A program made the translations under genes and the position numbers. 64,000 bases of DNA from Pecten maximus (taxonomy: Eukaryota): positions 17,732,001-17,796,000 of the forward strand of contig NC_047016.1 of NCBI RefSeq assembly GCF_902652985.1, in the 5' to 3' direction. Of this stretch, positions 55,001 to 64,000 are shown piece by piece. The notes beneath the pieces are model-generated. The model ran no database searches, was not told where the DNA came from, and saw nothing but the letters and a program-made list of their open reading frames with translations. The number at the start of each line of letters is the position of its first letter. Position 1 is the first letter of the stretch.

Positions 55001-57434
55001 AACCTGTGTGTTGGTGACCTGTGTATTGGTGACCTGTGTGTTGGTGACCTGTGTATTGGTGACCTGTGTGTTGCGGACCTGTGTGTTGGTGACCTGTGTA
55101 TTGGTGACCTGTGTGTTGGTGACCTGTGTATTGGTGACCAGTGTATTGGTGACCTGTGTATTGGTGACCTGTGTGTTGGTGACCTGTGTGTTGGTGACCT
55201 GTGTTGGTGACCAGTGTATTGGTGACCTGTGTATTGGCGACCTGTGTATTGGCGACCTGTGTGTTGGTGACCTGTGTGTTGGTGACCTGTGTTGGTGACC
55301 TGTGTGTTGGTGACCTGTGTATTGGTGACCTGTGTATTGGTGACCTGTGTGTTGGTGACCTGTGTGTTGGTGACCTGTGTTGGTGACCTGTGTGTTGGTG
55401 ACCTGTGTGTTGGTGACCTGTGTGTTGGTGACCTGTGTGTTGGTGACCTGTGTGTTGGTGACCTGTGTATTGGTGACCTGTGTATTGGTGACCTGTGTAT
55501 TGGTGACCTGTGTGTTGGTGACCTGTATTGGTGACCTGTGTGTTGGTGACCTATGTGCTGTTAACCTGCGAATTGTTAACCTGTGTGTTTATAGCTGTAT
55601 GTTGTAATAACATGTTTGTTGTTAAAACATGTGTGTTGGTGATCTGCGTGCTGGTGACCTGTGTGCTGTTAACCAGTGCGCCTTGTATGCCATGCTTAAA
55701 ATCTTAATGTTATTTAATTTTCGATATCAACTTTTAAAATAACAGTTAATTTTAGCATTATATTACCTGTTGCAGATGTAAATACCAAGGTATATCCCCT
55801 CCAGTGGAAAGGTCTGAGGATGATTTTGATCCTGGTGCAAAGTATCACATTCCTGGAAATACACCTTATATAAGGCAAGTCCGTCCTTTTAGGTGGCTAT
55901 GTAGCAGTGGCACGATTGTGCGTATTACTTAACCAAATACACAGTATTTTGAAGATGGACGATATAAGTGATACATAATATTGACATTGGAAACTAAAGG
56001 TTCATTTTCATTCTTGGTATTGTAATAAACATTCTCAAATAAATCTCCATGATATTTGGTGTATAAAGGTGTGAATACGTACGTAATGATAAACACAGCA
56101 CTCGCTTAGATTACAGTTATTTCTGGTAATAAAACCCCAGAAAACTTGGTATTCCAGTTTGATATCTTACAGTATAAATGCCCTACAGAAGCCTGTGGGT
56201 GGTACCGTCTCAAGATTGTAATACCTACACGTTATAGGTAGGGTAAGATTACGTGTTTTTTGTGAAGAAAAATCTAATCAGTGACATTATAGCACACTGA
56301 TACAAATGTAATGTTGCTGATTATATGATTTCCCCTCTTTGTACAGGTATTTTGTGAGTTACATTCTGCAGTTCCAGTGGCACAAGGCACTGTGTGACGA
56401 GATCGGATACGTCGGGCCACTACATAGATGTGACGTGTATCGTGACTCAGCTGCCGGGGATCTGTTGAGGTTAGTAATGATACAATACACAAAGTAATAT
56501 GTCACACATAGGTTAATAACACTAGCGTTATTTCCCATGGTCTTACGTCTACCGTATTGAATACTTGGGGGGACAAAGGTTATGACCAAATATTCCCGAA
56601 ACCTGTTATGTAAATCTATGTCGAATCCAGGTAGTAATGTCACGTTCTCGTAATTAGGACCAGCTTGTGAAAATGGGGCTAATAGGAATATCAACAAACA
56701 TCGAATACGTCTAAATTCGTATCGTACTGGAAAGTGTAATACTTTCCTGTGGGGTCAGGATATCAACGAAAGCCTACCCTTGTTAAAATAAACTATCGTT
56801 TCTGTAAGCACTGTTTTCCATCAGCTATTGGCATTTATAACGAAAACCATGCTTTTGTGATCATTCACTTGAAGATGGATTAAACTTGGATATGAAAAAT
56901 AGTATCTTTTACATGTAAGTTGTAAGCTTGCCCTTTAGGTAACGATTTAAGTAACCATCGAGTAACCGTCTGGTGTTGAAAAGTCTGTGATGTCCTAGCT
57001 TTCTAGTTTATACCTGATTCACATAGTCAAAAGGAGTTTGAAGAAAGCAAAGAAGCCCTTGCTAAAATATTTCATAATTTCTCTCCGGGTCAATAATTTT
57101 CAGGCAGATGTTCATGATTTCCCCTAATAATCTTCTTATACCATGTTTCAGAAATATGTTGATGTTGGGTTCATCAAAACCATGGCAGGAAGCAATGGAA
57201 GTGATTACGGGATCTCCTGAAATGAGTGTCCTTCCTATGGTGGAGTACTTTGATCCTCTGTTACAGTGGCTAAAGGAACAGAACAAGGAGGAGAACATTG
57301 GATGGAGCTCCATATGTCCAACAGATATCCCATCTCCCGATTCTCCTAGATCTGCATCAGGTTCCAGCAACATACATCCGACCGCTCTGCTTCTTGCCGG
57401 CCTAATTTTAGTTTTGGGAATAATTTTTTATTAG
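34097..57434 (+). CDS. ACE: Single-domain angiotensin-converting enzyme-like peptidyl-dipeptidase (peptidase M2), 642 aa, four alternative catalytic exons
   Basis: Exons 34097-34285, 39529-39696, 40261-40354, 44059-44202, 45093-45284, 47825-47922, 49387-49556, [one of 49900-50024 / 50414-50538 / 52629-52753 / 52893-53017], 53913-54011, 54355-54499, 55776-55874, 56347-56469, 57152-57434; total 1929 nt with consistent phases. ACE motifs: [36 protein letters not shown](M/I)[59 protein letters not shown]-terminal signal peptide and hydrophobic C-terminus. Confidence 0.97.
37720..38092. repeat. 12/16-bp low-complexity tandem repeat (ctcggtcact[ag]ctcg) running into the gap
   Basis: Read directly. 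Confidence 0.9.
38093..38454. other. Assembly gap (362 N) in ACE intron 1
   Basis: Run of N; exons 1 and 2 join in frame without needing sequence from the gap. Confidence 1.
38455..38730. repeat. Degenerate ~38-bp tandem repeat (acactgaaccgtcccagacgatgtttacactctat)
   Basis: About 7 diverged units. Confidence 0.8.
40773..43262. repeat. 39-bp minisatellite (accaatagcgaaaacaaccaaacgtacttacgtttaaac), ACE intron 3
   Basis: Highly homogeneous units; the 13-codon period explains the 719-aa - strand ORF. Confidence 0.98.
45385..46161. mobile_element. Non-autonomous TIR DNA transposon, probably AcademH-derived, in ACE intron 5
   Basis: ~95-bp imperfect TIRs (aatctaattaaaattagacttgtaatttc...), a 10-bp TSD with one mismatch (gggacaagta 45375-45384 / ggaacaagta 46162-46171), and an internal frameshifted RecQ-type helicase fragment [19 protein letters not shown] / [14 protein letters not shown] on the - strand. 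Confidence 0.8.
46251..47310. repeat. 34-bp minisatellite (aaccattgagttgactcctccacacagctatatg) with a recurring ~28-bp insert
   Basis: Insert ggaaacgtgatcccggtgtgtattaata at about 46282, 46581, 46743, 46905 and 47271. Confidence 0.95.
47338..47727. repeat. 30-bp minisatellite (aatgagcgagctactcttatcattataatt)
   Basis: 13 units read directly. Confidence 0.96.
48143..49132. repeat. 22-bp minisatellite (gttactccattcgtagactgtt), ACE intron 6
   Basis: Read directly. Confidence 0.96.
49900..50024 (+). CDS. ACE: ACE alternative catalytic exon 8a: (R)[41 protein letters not shown](G)
   Basis: 125 nt, ttttag acceptor, gtatta donor, phase 2 in and phase 1 out, intact HEXXH. Confidence 0.88.
50414..50538 (+). 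CDS. ACE: ACE alternative catalytic exon 8b: (R)[41 protein letters not shown](G)
   Basis: 125 nt, ttgtag acceptor, gtaacc donor, phase 2/1, intact HEMGH. Confidence 0.88.
52629..52753 (+). CDS. ACE: ACE alternative catalytic exon 8c: (R)[41 protein letters not shown](G)
   Basis: 125 nt, ttgtag acceptor, gtaatt donor, phase 2/1, intact HEMGH. Confidence 0.92.
52893..53017 (+). CDS. ACE: ACE alternative catalytic exon 8d: (R)[41 protein letters not shown](G)
   Basis: 125 nt, ttgtag acceptor, gtaatc donor, phase 2/1, intact HEMGH. Confidence 0.92.
53212..53251. other. Perfect 18-bp-stem hairpin downstream of the alternative exon cluster
   Basis: tacatttgtttataaatc-TCTC-gatttataaacaaatgta. 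The palindrome is certain; its function is unknown. Confidence 0.85.
54610..55675. repeat. 15-bp minisatellite (gacctgtgtgttggt) with degenerate flanks, ACE intron 10
   Basis: Core at about 54855-55550; explains the VTCVL and GDLCV ORFs. Confidence 0.95.
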
Positions 57435-60400
57435 ATAATGAATAATATTTTCTTTCAATTTGAGTAGACCTTTTTATATTACCCGCTGTGAATTTCTTGG
57501 TATATCAATGTCTAGTCTCTGTCTTTAAAATTGAATTTAATGTTTCACGAGCTGTTAACAGGCTTGCAGCAAATGACAACATATCAAGTATGTGTTTGAT
57601 GTTATGTAAAGTATTTAAAGTGTTAAATCTAAATACTGTTTGTAAAAATCAATGTAATGTATGTCATGGATTATATATAATACGAATAGTTTATTTTCTA
57701 ATTATATCATTTTAAAATACAATTTGTTTTTTTATTGTTGACATGCAGCTTATCTTACGACTTTATACGTTACGTCCTTTAAAAGAGCACTAAGTTAGAG
57801 TAAGTCATGAGGCACAATGACATTTCCCATCCAAAGCAGTCAAATCACCTTGTACAATGTTAATATAAATCTGTTACGTAACATGGAAGGACACATATAA
57901 ATGCTTCCTATCACAGAGCCGCCTGCATCTAATGTTATCATTTATCATTCAACGGGATGTAGTGCATATCAATTGGCAGAACTGCACATGTATTTGCATA
58001 ATAATCAAATAGCAATTTATTGTGAGAAAATGAGGCTATTAATATCAAGTGGACTCCTCCCACATTCTAACAATGACGTGTAGGTCGTATATATTATTCG
58101 TTGATTGCACATCCATGTCTTTGTTAGTAATACGTGGCGACAGTAAACGAGATATCGAGATGCACTTTGTCTCTGTAGGTAAGTGTGTATGTTTCTTTAC
58201 ATGAAACATACAGGTATATGCGTGTGCATTTTGGGAATTGGCCGGATAATATCTGGGGTATGTGCGTGAAATTGAGTTTGACAGGAAAATTGTGACGGAA
58301 AAGCGTTGTTTCCCAAATATTAATTAATAGTGTTACGCCATTTCAATAAAAAGACAGGGGATACCTAGCCCATATATCACGTTGTATAATTTGGGGAGAT
58401 GGAGGAGGAATAATGATAAATGTTTCGCACTAGAACAGCCCGATAATGCCGCCTGCTGGAATCGAACTTACGACTCGTAGGTGTATTGGAGACACACTAA
58501 CAGCTACATTCTTCATAGATATCAGACAAGCAGCCAGGGCGTTCCTTCATAACAGATTTATTGATAAGAATAAATGTCAGTGAAGCTTTTTGGATGGTTG
58601 CGGCATGGCATTAAATTTGACGTTTACTTGCCAGTGTTGTAAATACATGTCCTGGCAGTTATCTGAACACCACGCCTATCTTCACAAATAGAGAAAAGTA
58701 GATCAAGATTATAGGACAATGAAATAATAATTTTAATGCAAGCAGTCAATGTAACCGCATTCCAACACACAAAAGTTTCAAAAGTTTTAAAACAATTATT
58801 ATTAAGATACTCACTCTTCTTAGAGACAAAGGAGGAAAGATCCAATTCGTGTCATTTGATAGGTAATTTAGAAACTAAGTAAGTGTGTATATTTACATTA
58901 TGTAGGCACACATATAGCTTGTGGGAGCCAAATTCATCCTATTGTGGGGAATTCATCCAAACTTCCGTCATTCATTGTTACCTTCGTCTAATCAAATAGA
59001 CGATTACACCAATACCAATTAGATAGCTTAAGTCAAAGTTCAACGACGACCGTTTAAGAGATTCTAAGATTTACTGTATCATCGTCGGTGTCCACTTTGT
59101 CCAGAACTTGGAATGAGTCGGTCTTTAATTTCACATTGTACAATGAGACATCAATTATGAATTTGCCCGCGGAAACTTTTCGTCAACTCACTCACATTGA
59201 CATACCAGACCAGCTTCATATTTCCCTTTTACTATATACAAATGTATATGAATATGTAATGCCTATTTGATGAATGTATAAGCTATGAAGCATATAGCAC
59301 TTTACCTATGTATATTGTAATGTTTGTACAAGGCGTATCTTTATATGTATGATCTAGGCATATTTACCGTCACATTCGTTGAATACATTGAAATTTTACA
59401 ATAAAGTAATATAGACATTAAGACTGTTCACGAATGCGATATATCTAAACATATATAAACTTATGGAACGGTAATCCGTCAAAAAAAACAAAACAAAAAA
59501 AACATACTTATACGAAAATAATGGGCTATGATTGATTCAGCGGGAAACAATTGGGTTATACCTTAATTCTTCGGGTTCTCATTTACTCTACTCTATGTTG
59601 TCTATTACATATATATTTATAATATGAAAGAGGACATTCTAATTTTGTCATTATTACAATTATGCATTTGTTTACAGAATTATAAAATGTCTATAATTGT
59701 AAAACCCTACTTGTTGACAATGAACATTCATTAATGTTCTTAAATAACAAACAGTCGTACATAACATTCATCATAGTATGAATACATTGAAAATACAAAC
59801 TTGCAATCATGGATTAAAAATTGGAACATTTTCTTCAGGTTGGTATCTGTCACCTTCATTAGACTAATGACCAATGTGAAGCGTACTAGCACCGATTTAT
59901 GTGGTGTCCGAGATGATAATAGACTCGATTCGTTAAACACATACATCTCGTCGCATTCGATTGAATGATACTCAAACCGATACGTACGAGGTGTACACTG
60001 AATAACAAAATGTATAGAAACGTCAGGATAAAGTATCATAATGTTCACATAACAACCTCTCTTACTGACGCATTGCAATATATACATAGTTAGCACTAAG
60101 CCTTAAATCTATAAATGTACACATGAGTTCTGGCAAACTATAAGCAATACGTTACAGTACACACAAGTTCTTGCAAAATATTAACTATACATTATAATAC
60201 ACACACAAATTATGGCAAATCAGAAGGAATGTAAGGCAAAAATGAATTATAGTATATATATAAAATCAGACATGATATCACGCGTAACACAAAAAAACCA
60301 ACATAAAAACACAGAGCTAGGCCTTCACTTCAAACCCAGTACTGCATAAAGCAATATAAATCCGCTACAACACAATCAAAGAGGTGGTGCTTTCCCAAAT

Positions 60401-60759
60401 GGGAGTTGAGGGTTGTGGTATGAGGTTTGAGCTTTTGGTTTGGGTTAGCTTATTGAGAAAAGAAATTATACAGGGACGAATATTGTTAGGTAAGTTAATA
60501 CATGGATAGAACGACTACAGGGAAGTAAGGTTAATATAGAAACGTTAGCATTACGTTGGAGTTGATTCAGAGTGACGTACAAGAAAGGTAAATAATAATG
60601 GTTATCATATAGTCAAAGGGAACTATGGAAACATATCCCAACAAATATATGTTAAAATAGATGACATATCGGGGTAATGAGGTTACTATCAAGCCTCAAC
60701 CCATAATAAACATGCTAATATCAGAAATCAGAAACAGTATGTTAATTTGACGAAAAGTT

Positions 60760-61100
60760 TAAGACTAAGGATAAGTGAGTGTGTATAAGGAAACGACTTA
60801 AGATAAGTGAGTTTATAAAAGAAAACAACTATAGACAAGTGTTTGATATAAGAAAACGACTAAGGGTAAGTGAGTTTATATAAGAAAACGACTAAGGGTA
60901 AGTGAGTTTATATAAGAAAACGACTAAGGGTAAGTGAGTTTATATAAGAAAACGACTAAAGATAAGTGTTTGATATAAGAAAACGACTAAGGATAAATGT
61001 GTAAATATAAAGATGAGAAAACGACTATAGATAAGTAATTAATATAAGAACACGACTGAGGATAAATAAGTTAATAAAAGGAAAAGACCTAAGATATGTG
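60760..61100. repeat. Degenerate 32-bp tandem repeat (aagaaaacgactaagggtaagtgagtttatat)
   Basis: About 10 units, in the intergenic/3' region between the two ACE genes. Confidence 0.85.
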
Positions 61101-61467
61101 AGTATATATAGGAATTATCCCTAAACAACATAGTATAGGAAACTATCCGAACGTTATCATCACTTCGTAAAATATGGGCACACTTTTCGTAGTGTACATA
61201 TCATTGTTGAGATGATTATGCCAAATATAGACACATTGTATTGTTGTCCGCAGTGTTAGCACTAACTCTACTCCCCACTATATCATGGAATATATGGAAA
61301 CACATTATTGGATACATGTTTTCATGAAAGTAAAATATAAAAAAAAAGCCATACAATACATATTTTTCAAATATGAAAGCACACAATGAAGTGATATACT
61401 TTTACTATATAGAATTAATATCAATAGATCAAATGCAAAATGTCTATCCCCTGGTAAACATATTCCT

Positions 61468-62980
61468 CTATCCCATGGCGTGGATCAGGATAAAGGCTAC
61501 TGTCAAAACACTACACAATGGTGCTGGGGTTATTTCGGATGCAGAATCTGGTGTGTTCCCCGCCGTTTCAAACTTTGGACATTCAATATCCCAACCTACT
61601 TTGTGTCCACTATTTTGATTGGTCAGCCATTCCATTAAAGGTTGGAAATATTCAAGTAATGGAGTTGCACTCATCGTCTGTGTCCCCGTCAACACTTGCA
61701 TAGCTTCTGGCCAGGGACGAGATGCTCCGAGTTCCAACATCTCTCTATGGAAAAAAATACGCATAAACAGTTATGATATGGGCATATTGTGGAAGTCGTT
61801 TTAGATTATACCTTAAAACGTCAAAATTACGTCATAGAAAAAGTATGTGCTCTTGATGACATCAAACATTCTATACCTGATTAATACCTATATTCTAAGC
61901 TGCCATTAATACTGTGGATACATCAAAATATGTATGTAGCAATATAATAGATCTTTCATTGTGCATTATAAAACATTGAAAGCGTTTATGATACATCAAC
62001 TATATGTTTATTTGCCTTGTTGAAATCTTTAATAACAAGACCTAAACGTAAAGAAGACTATGTCAGAAAATTATAACGCTCATTCAATCACATAGGATGT
62101 GCATGTTTCCGCAATAAAGGAGATCAGTGCTTACTTCAGTTTTCTTCCGGACTGCGTGAGTCCTGTTATATCACATTTGTGTAGTGGTTTATCTTGTTGT
62201 TGTCCCATGCCGCACAAAGCTTTTTGCCATTGGAATTTCAAAATAGTGCTGACGAAATTTCTTTTGAGATAGAGAAAACATTGTCATTATCAATTATGGT
62301 ATATAATTAATGCAGTTTTTAAATGAACGGTATAAGACGATTTCGTACAGTCACGATACAAAACATTTTTTTTAAAACATTAAAGCTTGGACATTTTCAG
62401 AAGCCGCCTTAAAAGGATGATCTATCGTGGTCTTAATCTAACCTAAAACGACTCAGACGCAATTACTTAAAACGTCCATATAAAAATGAAACAATAGAAA
62501 TACAATGTTCAAACTATTATTGAATGACCTACAGGTACAATTACAAATACTGTATGTTTTATTATTTATCATAGAAAAATGGATATTTACTTGATATAAG
62601 GCTTGTTACCAGCAATTTGGTAAGCAGAAGCGATGTCAAGGTCCTCTTCTGTCCTCTTCACTGGGGGCGAAACGCCCTGATACTGACATCTTCGAAAAGA
62701 AGAAACATTAGATGAATTAGATCTATTTATTTGAAGGAATATATCTAAGCATATTTAGTCTTGTTAAATTATAATTTAATCTATTTCTTAGTTCTTCAGT
62801 TGCTTGTTTTTGTGTTTTAAGAAATGAGAGGTTACCGTAGTTTCCACCAATCGCGGTTGAAGGTGTTGCTAGGAGTTCTACCTTGGAACACATCCCACCG
62901 CCACTTATCAACAATGTAGTAAAAAGGAAGGGGTGCCACGTGCTCTAAAGCAAGCCTCATCATGTCATTTATATCAAGTT
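61468..62980 (-). CDS. 3' part of a second, divergent ACE-like gene (possible pseudo-peptidase); 5' exons lie beyond the window
   Basis: - strand exons 62980-62836 (LDINDMMRLALEHVAPLPFYYIVDKWRWDVF...WWKLR), 62689-62591 (CQYQGVSPPVKRTEEDLDIASAYQIAGNKPYIK), 62260-62135 (NFVSTILKFQWQKALC...PLHKCDI...GRKLK), 61744-61468 (EMLELGASRPWPEAM...LLEYFQPLMEWL...). Sizes 145/99/126 nt and phases match gene B exons 10-13; all introns GT-AG; no stops. Confidence 0.93.
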
Positions 62981-63474
62981 CTACAAGACAAAACAATTTA
63001 AATGTTTTAAAACATTACAGTAATGAGTACAGGACATGAACATGTTACCGGAAAGTATATGACACTTGGACTTCACAACTATTATTGTGCCGGAAACGGA
63101 CTGATTCATTCTCATACATAATATAGTCCATGTCCTTCTATCTAAATATTTGACTTATATACGCTTCGGAGTCACAATGTGATACAACATTCTCCTAAAT
63201 CACTCTTTGAGTATTCCTACATAATTGCTTAAGTTATAAGCCTTTCATTATTCCTATAGTACTCTGATAAATGTCATTTCATCACTTCACTCATCAACAA
63301 AGATGGGCCGAGTACAGAACGACATACACACCAGTTCCCATGTACAATATCAGATAGATACTAAATAACTACGATCAGAATTTCATCTCTCACACGTCAC
63401 AATTGGCCAAATAATAATTATCACAATGTTACAAATGCTCATGTTTGTTACAGTATATTATCATCAGATATAAG

Positions 63475-64000
63475 AACAAGAGACAAATCAGCCTGTTCAC
63501 TCACTTGTTTTTATGGCAACTTTGAAGATGAACATCTCCCTGGGCATCTTGCTAATTGAGAAAAATCGTTTAAAGATTTAATCTTATTTCACCCCTTTGC
63601 CTTTGAATATAGGTCATGGCCTTTTATTTGAGCAAAGTTGGTAGCCCTAAACCAAAGCCACAGGCACAGCATCAGGTTAATGGGCCTCAAGGATATTGAG
63701 AAGTAGTTTAAGGATGTTTAGCCTTTTTGACACCTGTCATCTTGAATGTATGTGAAAGTAATTTATTTGAACAAAATTGGTAGCCCTTTAACACCGCGTG
63801 TTTCAAACTCAATATCATCTTCCTGGGCCTCTTGCTATTTGAGAAAAAGTTGTTTTAAAGATTTTAGCCTATTTTACCCCATGTAACATTGAATATAGGT
63901 CAAAGTCATTTATTTTAACAAACTTTGTCACCTTTTCATCCCAATCAGGTCTCAGTGCCCCACAGGTATTCAAAAGAAGTTGTTTAAAGGAAAATGTTGA
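63475..64000. repeat. Diverged ~140-bp tandem units, probably the core of a satellite-bearing dispersed element
   Basis: Three recurrences of tttaaagatt..cctattt..ccc...ttgaatataggtca...tttatttgaacaaa.ttggtagccc. Confidence 0.6.

Noticed and set aside
54858-55607. (VTCVL)n and (GDLCV)n ORFs
   Set aside because: 15-bp repeat in ACE intron 10.
63110-63200. Candidate next upstream exon of the - strand ACE paralogue (VTPKR-like)
   Set aside because: Stops in all frames and no GFHE-like motif; the real exon is probably beyond position 64000.

Overview
Eukaryotic, AT-rich invertebrate genomic DNA. The repeat families suggest a bivalve mollusc, but this is inference only. There is one 362-N assembly gap, and roughly a third of the window is minisatellite. 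Three spliced genes can be reconstructed by hand: (A) a 5-exon + strand gene for an uncharacterised ~305-aa basic/coiled-coil protein (about 178-10113); (B) a complete single-domain angiotensin-converting-enzyme (peptidase M2) gene on the + strand (34097-57434, 13 exons per transcript, 642 aa, signal peptide, GPI-like tail); (C) the last four exons of a convergent ACE paralogue on the - strand (61468-62980) that has lost several catalytic and substrate-binding residues. The main discovery is in gene B: the 125-nt exon encoding the zinc-binding HEXXH active-site helix occurs as FOUR intact, diverged tandem copies (8a-8d). All have identical splice phases, and any double inclusion or complete skipping creates an immediate stop codon. 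This looks like a mutually exclusive exon cassette that swaps the catalytic centre of one ACE scaffold. Two variants carry residue pairs matching those that distinguish the human ACE N-domain (Y/R) from the C-domain (F/acidic). Also present: tRNA-derived SINEs, a probable non-autonomous AcademH element, hairpin-headed non-autonomous elements and 13 or more tandem arrays that explain all the long ORFs in the ORF track.
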